Source: Octopus sinensis
Taxonomy: Eukaryota
Length of the DNA: 64,000 nt
Direction of reading: 5' to 3'
Assembly (NCBI RefSeq): GCF_006345805.1
Contig: NC_043019.1
Coordinates: 31,433,360-31,497,359 of the forward strand
Positions 23,650 to 37,075 of this stretch are shown piece by piece (position 1 is the first letter of the stretch; each line of letters begins with the position of its first letter). The translations under genes were made by a program, and so were the position numbers. The notes under the pieces are model-generated. The model saw only the letters and a list, made by a program, of their open reading frames with translations, ran no database searches and was not told the origin of the DNA.

Positions 23650-23913
23650 CACATACCAGCCACCCACTACTACTAATACTACTACTACTACTACTACCAC
23701 AACTACTGATGATGCTGCTATCACCACCATAATCACCACAATCACCACCATAATCACCACCACCATCACCACCACCACAAGCAATATTCCCTTGTCTTTA
23801 TTGTTGTTGTTGTTGGTCTTTTGTTTCTTCTCTTCTTCCACCAGCACTACAACCACAATCACCATTACAAACACTACTATTGCTACTGCTACTACTACTA
23901 CTACTACAACAAT

Positions 23914-23955
<42 letters not shown>

Positions 23956-24010
23956 CATCACCACCACCACCACCACCACCACCACTACTACTACTATAGT
24001 TCCTACACCA
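23650..24010. repeat. Compound trinucleotide microsatellite (ACT)n/(ACC)n/(ATC)n
   Basis: Read directly; yields the poly-Thr, poly-Val and poly-Tyr ORFs. Confidence 0.95.
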
Positions 24011-24389
24011 TGTATAACTGACACTTCTAAATATGACCATCACGCACATGCACACATACACACAGTGCTGTAGTCAGAATATAAATCAGATGAAAATATC
24101 TTAATTAAAAGTATTTTCCATTACAATTGAAGTAATGAGAAATGCTGAAACTAGCAGTTAATTCTTCCACATTTCTCATCGGATCATCTTTAACTTAATA
24201 AAATCCATTCAACAATGAATTTCTGGATTATATATTTAATTCTATTTATTGGGTGTCTTTAAAAGAGTCTACTCTGCTGGGAATGTTGAGGCAAGGTTCC
24301 CAGTTTCTGAATTCCTTACTTCATTCCATGAGCAGTAACCGTCTCTCTTGACTAAATGAAAGGTCATCATCATCATTATCATCATCACT

Positions 24390-24710
24390 AACTGACACTC
24401 CGTCAGTTACAAAGATGTGAGTTCCAGTTGATCAAATCAACAGAACAGCCTGCTCGTCAAATTAACATGCAAGTGGCTGAGCGCTCCACAGACACGTGTG
24501 CCCTTAACGTAACTCTTGGGGAGATGTGGCACAGAATGCAACAAAGCTGGCCCTTTGAAATACAGGCACAACTCATTTTTTGCCAGCTGAAGGGACTGGA
24601 GCAATGTGAAATAAAGTGTCTTGCTCAAGGATACAGCAAACCACTGGGAAATCAAACTCATGACCTTATGATAATGAGCTGTATACCTTAACCACTATGC
24701 TACGCATTTT
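24390..24710 (-). mobile_element. tRNA-derived SINE, family H
   Basis: Minus strand has head ..GCATAGTGGTTAAGG and a CORE-like CCTTGAGCAAGACACTTTATTTCAC. Related copies at 37905-38350 and 49440-49680. Confidence 0.7.
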
Positions 24711-25333
24711 CTCATCATCACCATCATCATTTTAGCATCCACTTTCCCATGCTCATATGGATAGGATGGAAACGAGGCTGATTTTCTATGGCCAGATGCC
24801 CTTCTTGTCACCACCCTTCACCTGTTTCCAAATAAGGTAATATTTCCCCGTTAACCAGATCGAAAAGATTTGGAAATGCAGGGCACTGCTTGCTTTCCCC
24901 TCCACCACCACCACCACCACCACCACCACCAAAATTTAGATTTGATGGTCATGGTTGTACCACCTCCCATCTCAGGTCTGTTTGCTTGATCTTGATTAAT
25001 CTGGGGTTTACTACTACTACTGCTTTTGCTACTACTACTACTACTACACTACTACTACTACTACTACTAATAATAATAATAATAATGATAATAATAATAA
25101 TTTCTACTATAGGCACAAGGCCTGAAATTTGTGGAGAAGGTGTAAGTCGCTTACATCGACCCCAGTGCATCACTGGTACTTAATTTATCGACCCCGAAAG
25201 AATGAAAGGCAAAGCCAACCTCAGCAGGATTTGAACTCGGAACATAATGACAGACGAAATACCGCTAAGCATTTCGCCTGGGAATGCTTACGATTCTGCC
25301 AGCTAGCCACCTTCTCTAATAATAATAATAATA

Positions 25334-25364
<31 letters not shown>

Positions 25365-25365
25365 A

Positions 25366-25397
<32 letters not shown>

Positions 25398-25756
25398 AAT
25401 TTATTGCTATTTCACATTTATTATATACAATATTGCAACAACAAACCAGCAAGGGAGTTGGCTGCTACTTTGTTGGTCAGTCAGTTGGACAGCAACCAAA
25501 CCTTCCTTCGCATCACACCTTATTGTCTTCATAATGAAAAGAACACACATCATATTAGAAGTTGTGGGTTATAACACTTTAAATGTGTCTCTGGTAATTC
25601 TCAGGTGTTTCATGAAATGTAATCCAATCAATTTGCTAGAATATTTGGCTGTGAAATATATTTGAGAAGTGACAGCTCTGCAAACAGCCAGACATGTGAC
25701 TGGCGAAATGTAATAATATGATGGCTAATTATTGTATATCTTTTTATCTTTTGAGA

Positions 25757-26060
25757 GCTTGCATGGCCTAGTGGTTATGGTGTTTCACTCAGGATTCTGA
25801 GATCGCAGGTTTGATACCCAGACAGAGTGGTGGTTTCTGTTCTTGAGCAAAACACTTTGTTCATATTTCTCTCTAATCATTTTGACATCTGACATTTGGT
25901 ACACCATGTACTTATTTGGGCAACACCGATTTGATGAAGAGAGTGAGGTAATGTACAGCATGTACATTTGATCACCATAAACAAATCATTTTTGCAGGTC
26001 GTTCAGCAAAAAGCTGAATGCTCACATGTCATCTTCGACAGGAGAGTCTGTCATCATCAT
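25757..26060 (+). mobile_element. tRNA-derived SINE, family F
   Basis: GCATGGCCTAGTGGTTATGG (A box) and GGTTTGATACCC (B-box-like); partial copies at 26810-26990 and 12990-13200. Confidence 0.7.
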
Positions 26061-26290
26061 CATCATGTTATCATTATTATTAAGATGGTGAGCTGGCAGA
26101 ATCGTTAGCATGCTGGGCTAAATGCTTAGCTGTATTTTGTCTGCCGCCATGTTCTGAGTTCAAATTCCACTGAGGTCGACTTCGCTTTTCATCCTTTCGG
26201 GATTGATAAATGAAGTACCTGTTGCATACTGGAGTCAATCTAATTTCAGGCCTTGTGCCTATAATAGAAAGGATTCTTCTCCTTCTTCTT

Positions 26291-26355
<65 letters not shown>

Positions 26356-26603
26356 TATTATTAAGGTGATGAACTGGCAGAATCATTAATACACCATGCA
26401 AAACGCTTAGCAGTATTTCTTCTGCTGCTACATTCTGAGTTCAAATTCCGCCAAGGTCAACTTTGCCTTTCATCCTTCCGGGGTCGATAAATTAAGTACC
26501 AGTGAAACACTAGGGTCAATGTAATCAACTACTCTCCTCCCTCAAAATTTCAGGCCTTGTGCCTTTAGTAGAAAGGATTATTATTATTATTATTATTATT
26601 ATT

Positions 26604-26638
<35 letters not shown>

Positions 26639-28843
26639 ACATAACTGTAATGTGACAGCTTCGTAGAATGGCTATCCTTGTGATGTTCACCTCATCTATG
26701 ATTCTGTGGTAAATGAAAGAAATCATTATTGCTATCATTATGAAGACATGTGACTGGTGAAATGTAATAACATGATGGCTAATCATTGCATATCTTTTTA
26801 TCTTTTGTGAGCTTGCATGGCCTAGTAGTTATGGTGCTGTACTCAAGATTGTGAGATTGTGGGTTTGATTTCCAGACAGGATGATGATCTGTGCTCTTTA
26901 GCAAAACACTTCATTTCACATTTCTCTGCCATCACTTTGACATCTGACATGTGGCACGCCATGCACCTGAGCAGACAATATTGCTTTGATGTAGGGTTTT
27001 CTGGTTTCATCATCATTATCCTCATTTAACGTCCGTTGTCCATGCTGGCATGGGTTGGACGGTTTGACCAGGCTGCACCAAACTCCAGCCTGATTTGACA
27101 TGGTTTTCTATGGCTGGATGCCCTTCCTAATGCCAACCACTCCAAGAGTGTAATGGGTGCTTTTACATGACATTTGCATGACACCAGTATCTGCTACAAC
27201 TGCAATTTTGCTTGGCTTGATGGGTCTTCTCTTAAGCATGACTTAATGCCAAAGTCTTGGTTATTGCCTCTGTAAGGCCCAACACTGGAAAGGAACTCAA
27301 CCACTTTGCTTCCATGGCATAAATATCACCTCATGGCATAAATATTCCTCACCTGGATGGGATACTGATCCATTGCAGGATTACTCACTTTTGCCAGCTG
27401 AATAGATTGGAGCAATGTGAAATGAAGTGTTTTGCTCAAGAACGTGTGTCGCCTGGTCCAGGAACTGAAATCACAATCTTACGATCATTAGTTCAGCACT
27501 CTAGCCACTAAGCCATGCACCTCCATTCAAGATCAAGTAGTCAAAGAAGAATCCTGTTTGCATGTCTTCTCTAAGATGTCTCTAGCTCTACCATATGTGA
27601 TGCATTTGGTCACATTCCATTGAGAGTGTCTTGCTCAGATTATGAACATTTCACCCGACACTCATAATGATAAAAATTATTATTATATCTGCATTTGTTT
27701 TAATGTTAACATTGGAAAAATCCACATTTTTCATAAAAATTAGGAGCTGGGTTTGCACCCCCTTAGCAAATTTTGTTGCTGAGCTACTGCAGGCTTCTTT
27801 CAGTTTCCATCTTCCAAATCCACTTACAAGGCTTTGATCAGTCTGAGGCTATAGCAGAAGACACTTGCCCATGGTACCATGTAGTGGGACTGAACCCAGA
27901 GCCATGAGGTTGGGAAGCAAGCTTCTTACCACACAGTCATGATGTTAAAATTCAGTCAAACTAAAAATATGTCAGACAATCTGAATAAAAATAAGCTGCC
28001 AGTGTAGAATTAGACAATTTACTAATGGTTCTCAACAGCTAGTGCTATTTTAGTAGTGTTCTGGATATTTCTTTTTTTTTTCACCAAATTTTCAACCATG
28101 GAGCTCACTGCAGGCAAACACTGCCTGTTTACAACAGATGAGATACAACAAAGTTTGCAAGTTTCTCATGAAGATCGATAGGAATTCAATCAAATGTATC
28201 CAGAAGATGGCATAGAATCAGTTGAAGATATGAATGATTTCAAGTGCAAATCGATAAATCCGTGCCCCAAGCATGGTTCTCAATCAGCTGACAGTAGTAG
28301 TGATGCAACCACGGTATTAATTCATAGATAACCAATTCCAGATAATATTGTCAGGCATGGCTGTATAGCTGAGAAATTCCTTTTTGCAACTAAATACCAT
28401 ATTTGCTGGTGCATAAGACATGCATTTTTTAGTTTTAAATGTATCAAATAATTGCTCTATGTCTCATGTGGCCAGGGCCAGATTAAGACTCATAAAGACC
28501 CTATGCATTTAAAAGACTTTGGTGCCCCCATCTGTATATGTAATTCAAAATATAAACAATAATAAACTATAAAATGAAATCTCATTTTTCAAAATGAAAC
28601 AAAACTAGGTGCAGGAGTGACTGTGTGGTAAGTAGCTTGCTTACCAACCACATGGTTCCAGGTTCAGTCCCACTGAATTGACACTTTGGGCAAAGCATTG
28701 GTTAATCTGAAGCTATAATAGTAGACACTTGTCCAAGGTGTCACACTGTGGTACTAAACCCAGGTTTATGTTGTTCAGATGGAAACTTCTCACCGCACAG
28801 TCACTCCTGCCCCTGTATACATACATACATATGTATATATATA

Positions 28844-28886
<43 letters not shown>

Positions 28887-28937
28887 GTGTGTGTATATAT
28901 ATATATATATATACATATATATATACACACACACACA

Positions 28938-30166
28938 CTGTAAAAACCCATCTAATTTGCACATCTGTATAATTTACATAGATAATTTTCAGGATAAAAT
29001 TTGTTAAAAAATGCTTCTACTTATGTAAAATTCGTACCCCAAAGTTTTCAGAATTGCCAATATATCCAGGGGAAAATGGCTTTCAATTTAGTTGTAATTA
29101 GCGTAATTTCACTTATGATTAGATCTTATTAAATTTTCGTTAAATATAAATAATTTCTGTTTAACAGGTATCACATTGAAAACTATTAAATTGCAAAGTG
29201 TTTGTGTTGTTTATAATAAACTTTATTTTACATTTCTTACCCATAAAAGATTACGTCCGATCTTTAGCATACTGCTGTATGTCTTCTCAAATCACGATCG
29301 ATCACAGGAAAAGTTGTTAAGAATTATCAACAAAAACAAAGCCGATAAATACACACAGGTGTTACAAATTAAGTTTAATCACCGATAAACATCAGCTTGG
29401 ATGACGCTTTACTCAATCGACAGAGAAATGTGACCGATCAAACCGATTATGTAAACAGAATTCTTTTCTGCCAATTTTTGTCTGAACCTTTGATTTGGAG
29501 TATCAAAAGTTTTATCCTTATCATACTTATAAAGTATGAAGCAAACTTTAAAATTTGTCATTACCATTATTGTCAGTATGGGCAGAAATTATGAATCGTT
29601 TACTGTGAATTTGAATGTGGCAAAAGAACTGCCGGAAGGCATCCTAATGTTAATGAAGCCAATGTTCGAAATTGGTGTAAACAGTACAACAAACTTGCAA
29701 CTGTGCCAAGTAATAAACAGACAAAAATAAAAACATAGATTATCCACATCATTACATTTTTTCAGCCAAGAATATGCATATCACTATGTATGTCAATGGT
29801 ACTCCATTGCAATTGGTAGAAAACTCCAAGCAATATGAAATATAGGCCGGACCATGTTTACCAGCATGAACATCAAACTTCAAAAAGTAGTTAACCATTA
29901 AATGGTTTTAGTAAATTTATACAGAAAAAGTAAGCATTATACCATTCAGCATAAATAAAATTCAACTTCTTTATCCATATTTAAGCCATTATTTTTTCTG
30001 TAAAAACCTATTCTGACATTAAATGAGTCAACTTCCAGTTCGAATGTTTATGTTTTGTGTGTCTTTTTTCAAAAAAAAAAAAAATTTTTTAATTCTGGAA
30101 ATGATCTACACATGTAATTTACACATCTGCTAAAGTTTATTTTTATTTTTGAAAAAAAAATGTAAT
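28938..30166 (+). mobile_element. Pogo-like DNA transposon relic with a Brinker-type HTH remnant
   Basis: Left TIR CTGTAAAAACCCATCTAATTTGCAC. From ATG 29578: MGRNYESFTVN, then frameshifted ECGKRTAGRHPNVNEANVRNWCKQYNKL, like BrkDBD of pogo transposases. The right TIR is lost into (TA)n. Confidence 0.75.
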
Positions 30167-30174
30167 ATATATAT

Positions 30175-30236
<62 letters not shown>

Positions 30237-30284
30237 TGTGTCTTTTTTTATACTTCTTTTATTTTTCAAAATTAAGATAAACCA

Positions 30285-31144
30285 AGTTCTTTTTCAATCT
30301 AAAATATACTCCCCTTCATTTTCTGTAATGCTCTTCCATCTATCTGATTGACTTGCAAGGCCTCTCTTCCAAAATTCACTTTCCATGATGAAAAATATTC
30401 CTCCAGTACTCGTCTGACCTTGCCTGCTAAATTCATAATTTTTCCATCCAAATGAATTTGAAAACTGCAGAATAAATAATAATCAGATGGGGCAATGTCT
30501 GACAAATATGGTGGGTGGGAAATCATTTCCCATTCAAACTGCTCCAGCCTTTGGAATGTCATCCTCGCTGTATGTGGCCAAGCATTATCCTGATTGAAGA
30601 ACAGCTTTTGTCTTGAAGCCAGAGATGGTCATTTTTCTTGTAGTGCTAACTTGAATGACTGGTTGACTTACCAAATCCAAGCTTCTCTGTTATTTCTTCA
30701 ACAGTTATGATGGGATTTTGTTCCACCAGGGTTTGCAAGATGTCCTTGTCAAGCTCTACAGATCTTCAGGACAAAGCTCATCTTCTGGGCTGTAGTTTCC
30801 GGTCTGGAATTCCTAGAACCACTGTTATCACTGGCTTACACTTATTGTCCTACCCCCATATACTACATTAATATTCCTCACAATTTCCATTGCATTGTAG
30901 CCTTTATTGAGCTCATAAAGCAAAATATGTCAAATATGCTCCTTTGTCACTTCCATTATAGCTTTGAAAAAATAACTGTTAAAATCGAACTGCACTCTTC
31001 AAAACTTGCACTAAGAATAAGTATAAGGTAAAATTACTTCCTGCTTTTATAGCGAGTTGATGCAGGCAGTTTATCCCATCCCCCTCCAACTTTTAGTTCA
31101 CACAATTGCAAAATATACCGCATTATCTATGGAATGACCTAATA
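30285..31144 (-). mobile_element. Internally deleted mariner (DD34D) relic
   Basis: Minus strand FNQDNAWPHTARMTFQRLEQFEWEMISHPPYLSDIAPSDYYLF has 34 residues between the two D residues; TIR-like GGAATGACCTAATA ends at about 31144. Confidence 0.8.
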
Positions 31145-32015
31145 CATAAGCATGTAGTACATTGATGTAACACTGGTTTGAAAGTGATATTTCCAAACGT
31201 GATATTTTTTTCTCTGAAAATATGGAGATATATGCTCGAAGGAACAGCACAGATTGCTTTGGAACCTCAGATCAATAACTGTTAATTACAAGAGTGTTAT
31301 GGATAATTTACTTTATGGAGTCTTTAAATGTACATTATTACATATTAAAGAGAGAGAGAACTTTCTTTAGACGCCTGTTAGTTATAGATGAAGATTAAAG
31401 GAAAAACGTAATTCAATAAACATCCATAAATTACTTTAGAGACTGTTGATGTATGCATAGTTATATGTTATGTATGTATGTATGTATGTATTATGTATGT
31501 ACGTACGTACGTATGTATGTATGTATGTAAAGGCAAGTGGTTTAGTGGTTAAGAGATTCAAATCACAATCGTATGATTGTGATTTCAATATCTGGCAGCG
31601 CCTTTTGTCCTTGAGTAAGACGCTTTATTTGTGGCTTGTCAGCTTCTTAGATGTTAATTTCAAGAGCAGGTTGTTCTTACTCATTGTTGTAATCAGTGTA
31701 GTGCCAGTGTGTGTGTTTGCTGGTATATGTATGTATATAAGTATATATATATGTATGCATGCATATATATGTGTGTGCATATGTATGTGTATATGTGTGT
31801 ATATATACATATTTATGTATATGTGTATGTATATATGTATTTATGTATAAGTGAATGTGTGTTTTTTCAATGTTTACAAATAACACAGAAAAAATAGATA
31901 AATAGTTACCAGGGTAACAAAAATTCAAACGAATACCAAGGATGTAGCAGCCTACTTATAGAGGTAGAAACTCCAGGTTTAGGTGAAATGTTTTTATATA
32001 ATATAGATAAATAAA

Positions 32016-32094
32016 TAAATGGAGTTAAATGCAGGTGTTATTCAAATCTTTTTCGTTATTCAAACATTTGAATAATACTTGCGTTTAACTCTAT

Positions 32095-32097
<3 letters not shown>
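32016..32097 (+). repeat. 82-nt hairpin (32-bp stem, 18-nt loop)
   Basis: 32016-32047 pairs with 32066-32097 through 28 Watson-Crick and 4 G.U pairs on the + strand. Confidence 0.95.
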
Positions 32098-32174
<77 letters not shown>

Positions 32175-34030
32175 ATGTATATATATATATATATATATCA
32201 TCATCATTATCATCATTTAACGTCTATTATCTATGTGCTGGCATGGGTTGGATGGTTTGACCAGGGCTGACAAGCTGAGGGGCTGCATCAGACTCCAATC
32301 TGATTTGGCATGGTTTTCTACTGCTTTGATGCCCTTCCTAATGCCAGCCACTCTGAGAGTGTAATGGGTGCATTTATGTGCCACCAGCATGGGGTCTATG
32401 TGCGTGACACCAGTGTGTATTTACGTGCCACTTATACAGGTGCAAATTTGCATGACACTATTATCTGCCATGACTGTGATTTTGCTTTGCTTGATGGGTC
32501 TTCTTCTCAAGCACAACATAATGCCAAAGGTCTTGGTCATTGCCCCTGTGAGGCCCAGCATTCAAAAGATGTTCTTTACATGCCACCAGCATGGATGCAC
32601 TTGACTTGATAGGTCCTCTCAAGCATAGCACATCACCAAAGGTCTAAATCATATATATATATATACATTTATTTGTATGAGTGTTTGTGTGTCTGTATGT
32701 GTGTGTGTATGACATATCTTGTCACAAAGATATATCTTTGCTACAGTTAGTCTATGTTTCTTGCACCTCCTCATAGAAAGATATTGTTGTAAACTAATTA
32801 AAATAATTATATAAAATAAAAGAGTCATTTGATCTCTTTTCTTCTCTCATGTCCATTATATTTTTAATTTCTCTATAAATCTTGAAAGCTGTTTTTTAAA
32901 ATACCATTCATTCAAATATGTTGTTGACTTCATCACCACCAAGGTTGCACTTCACCTGTTTATACAAAAGTGTAAACAGAACAACAGCTGGAGTTTTACC
33001 TTATACAGTGATACCTCACAGTATGAGTTCAAATCATTCCATGGCTGAGCTCATTTTATGATTTACTCATTTTACAAATCAATTTTCTCCATTAAAATTA
33101 ACTAAAATATAATTAATCCATTCCATCCCTCAAAATCCCCTTAAAAATAATTTTTTATGGGTTTTAAAGCAGAAAAGGTGTTGTTACAAGTAAAATGACA
33201 ATTATAAAGAGAGAATGCAAAAGAAATATGTAAACTGGTTTTATTAACTGAATTACCTTAAAGATTGGATGATTTGTGTGCTCATACTGTGGATTTCCAC
33301 TCGTATTTCAAGACAAAATTTTGCATGAGTCTCAGCTTGTACAGCAAATTGCTTGTACAATGGGGCACTCGTACTGCAAGGTTTTACTAGCTGTCAATAT
33401 TTTCGGGCTATGACCACTTTCTCAGGCCACATGGAAAAAGGAGGATGTAGTAAGTTGTTACCCAGATATGTGAGAGAGGATGGTGACATATGATGGATAG
33501 ATATAATACCTTGCCTGGAAACAGATGAGGGTTGCCGATAGGAAGGGCATCCAATTCATGAAAATTCTTCTGCCTCAGCAAAATACCACCTGACCCATGC
33601 GAGCATAGATAAGGGAATATTAAACTGATAATGGTGATGATGATGATGGTGATGGCAACAATGATAATGATAAATTGCACTATCTGTGTGTGTTGTGCAG
33701 GTGTTAGATGTGAGGGAGATTTATTTGATATTTTTAACATTTCTTATTTCAGTTGTAAAGCAGCATACTTTTAAAGATGTTTTCAATCTCGTCTGTATTA
33801 TTCCAACAGCAACACAGAACATGTGTGTGTGTGTGTGTGTATGTGTGTGTGTGTGTGAGTGAGTGTGTATGTGTGAGAGAATGTGTGTGTGTGTCTGAGT
33901 GCATGACATACATATTTAACAGGCTATTAGAAGTGTCGGGTGCACAAGTGTTGTAACTACAGAGACAGAGGTAGGAATAGCAGTGGTAGTGAGGTTGGTG
34001 ATGGTGGTGTAAGTGCAGACACAACTGTTT

Positions 34031-34068
<38 letters not shown>

Positions 34069-34621
34069 CAACAGTGACTAGTAACGATTGGCTGGTTGTT
34101 AAACTTATTCCGAAGTCAAAGCAGGGAACAGAGATAAGTTACTAATGACAGCTAAAAGGAAAATTCTGTTTCAAAAATGATGATAATAATAATAATAATA
34201 ATAATAATGATAATAATAATGATAATGATAATAACAATGGTAATGATAATGTATCCCCTTGATAATCATTTATCACAGCACAAAATCTAAACATTTATTA
34301 GTTATAATCTAAGTTGTTTGACAAAAGTTATTTTTATGGCTGAACAACTGACAATAAATGTTAGAATGTTCCTGATAATTGACTTCAATCACAGCCATTT
34401 CATGTTCTTGACTCATTCAGAGTCAAAGTCGGTGTTGAGATTAGTGAGGAATTGAACTTGTAACCAATTGAAATTGGTGCCCTGCGTTTTGTTGTTTAGC
34501 TCCAGGTGCAATGGTAGTACAGCTGTTTTTTAAACAGACGGTATGGGTTCAATACCCATAAGCAGCCCTAAGTATTTTTGTACTATCTAACCCTATGCAA
34601 GTGTGAAACATGGGCGTTAAG

Positions 34622-34624
34622 CAA

Positions 34625-34658
<34 letters not shown>

Positions 34659-34859
34659 GGTGGTGGTGCTACTGCTGCTGTTGCTAATGATGATGATGGA
34701 GAGGATAAGAAAGGGGGAAGACGAGAAGGAGGATGATGGGGAGAGTGAGGATAATGAAGAAGAACAGGATAAAGAGCACGATGGAAATAAAGAGGAGGAT
34801 GAGGAGGAGAAGGAGGAGGAAGAGCACACGGCTGATGAAGAGTTGGAGGAGGAGGATGG

Positions 34860-34929
<70 letters not shown>

Positions 34930-34930
34930 A
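34622..34930. repeat. Compound (GAT)/(GGT)/(GAG)/(CAT) microsatellite
   Basis: Read directly; source of the acidic ORF 34624..35103. Confidence 0.9.
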
Positions 34931-36259
34931 ATCCTGTTCTTTTGCCTATGTGCATGGAGACCAAGGTCGTATTCTCCAATGTGTTCATTTCTAAAATTAT
35001 AGAGTGTAATTTGAGGAAGATTTGGCTGCCTTTTCTAGCAGATAAAATCAACCAGCTCGAGACTCTTAGTTGTAATGTTTCCCTTGTTTACTTTCTGATC
35101 TGAGAAAGAAAGAGTGAGGAAGAGGAAAATCTTTTCCTCCCTCTCACTCTCTTTCTGTATCTTGTGTCATCTTTTATCTTTTACTTGTTTCACTCATCAG
35201 ACACCGGCCATGCAGGGGTACCAACTACAAGAGTTTTGTTGAACATATTGAGCCCTATTCTTTTTATCCTCTCGCTTTTTTCTTGTTTAAGTTATTAGAC
35301 TGTGGCCATGCTGGAGCACCACCTTGAAGAATCTTTGTCAAATGAATCAACCTTGGTAATTCTGTCCTGTTAAACCTGGTGCTTATTCTGCTGGTCTCTT
35401 TTGCTGAACCACTACATTACAGGGACATAAACACACCAACACTGGTTGCCAAACAGTAGTGGGGAACAAACACAGACACAAAGAAACACACACACACACA
35501 CACATATGCAACAGGCTTCTTTCAGTTTCTGTCGACCAAATCCATTCACAAAGCATTGGTCAGCCTGAGACTGTAGTAGAAGACATTTGTCCAAAGTGCC
35601 ATGCAATGGGACTGAACCTGGAAACATATGCTTGGGAAGCAAGCTTGTTACCACACAGCCATGCCTGCACTTGTTACCTTTTTTTTTTTGTATGTGGTAA
35701 ATATTCTATTGGTGTCTTTTGCCAAACTGCTAAGTTACTGGACTGATGCAAACCAGCACCTGTTGTCAATCGGTAGGATGGGGGTCAAACATAAAGCCAC
35801 GCACATGACAGGCTGCTGCTTTTAGTTTCTGCCTACCAAATCGATTCACAAGACTTTTGTCATCCCAAGGCTATATAGTAAAAGATGAAGATACTTGTCC
35901 AAGGTGCTGTGCAGTGGAACTGAACCCAAGCCCACATGGTTGAAAAAAATCAAGCTTCTTATCACACAGCTACACCTGTGCTTGTATCTCTCTATATTTC
36001 TGCCTTGTCTCACAAAACAAAAAAATTAGCTAAAATTTTTTAAAAAAAAGGAGAAAACATTCTGATGTCTGCTGTTCATAAATAATCTTGAACTTGCTAT
36101 TCCATTGAAAAAAAATCAAATTACAATCGAAATACATATATAATTTTGGTATTACTTTCATTTTTATATGATAGATTTCAAATAGCTTTAACATGATTCT
36201 ACCATAGAAATTCATTCATATTCATCATCATCATCATTATTATTTTTACTGTTATTATT

Positions 36260-37075
36260 TAAGGTGGTGAACTGGAGGAAATGTTACTGCGCCGGGGAAA
36301 ATGCTTAGCAGCCTTTCATTCATTTTTACATTCTGAGTTCAAATTCTGCCGAGGGCAACTTTGCCTTTCCTCCTTTCAAAGTGAATAAATTAACTACCTG
36401 TTGAGCACTGGGGGTCGATGTAATCAACTACTTCTTCCCTTAAACTTCAGGTTTTATGTCTGTAGTAGAAAAGATTATTATTATCACTATTATCATTATC
36501 AAGGCAGCGAGCTGGCAGAATTGTTAGCATGCTGGGCAAAATGCTTAGCGGTATTTCGTCTGCCATTACGTTCTGAGTTCAAATTCCGCCAAGGTTGACT
36601 TTGCCTTTCATCCTTTCGGGGTCAATTAAATAAGTACCAGTTACGCACTGGGGGTGATGTAATCGACTTGATACATTTGTCTGCCATTGTTTGTCCTCTC
36701 TATGTTTAGCCCCTTGTGGGTAGTAAAGAAATAGGTATTTCGTCTGTCTTTACGTCCTGAGTTCAAATGCTGCTGGAATTGACTTTGCCTTTCATCCTTT
36801 CGGGGTCAATAAATTTAGTTCCAGTTGTGTACTGGGGTCGATCTAATTGACTGCCTCCTCCCACCAAATTTCAACCCTTGTTCTTATAGTGGAAAGGATT
36901 ATTATTATCATTATCAAACTGCTTAGTGGCATTTCATCTGTTTTTACATTCTGAGTTGAAATTCTGCCAAGAGCAACTCTGCCTTCGTCCTTTCAGGGTC
37001 GATAAACCAAGTACCAGTTGAGTACAAGGGTCGATGTAATCGGCTATCTTCTTCCCCAAAATTTTAGGCTTTGTG
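36260..37075 (+). mobile_element. Head-to-tail cluster of family B SINEs joined by (ATT)n tails
   Basis: Repeated GCCTTTCATCCTTTC..AAGTACCAG blocks; mirror-image clusters at 51640-52500 and 61826-62150 on the minus strand. Confidence 0.85.

Noticed and set aside
23620-24073. Mucin-like poly-Thr ORF and poly-Val antisense ORF
   Set aside because: Pure trinucleotide microsatellite with no signal peptide or unique coding context.
28095-28330. Acidic interrupted frame MELTAGKHCLFTTDEIQQSL.., vaguely like a piggyBac N-terminus
   Set aside because: No catalytic motifs, TIRs or TTAA ends were found.
34624-35103. Acidic Asp/Glu plus poly-His 159-aa ORF
   Set aside because: Built from compound GAT/GAG/CAT repeats starting in poly-Met; no recognisable domain.
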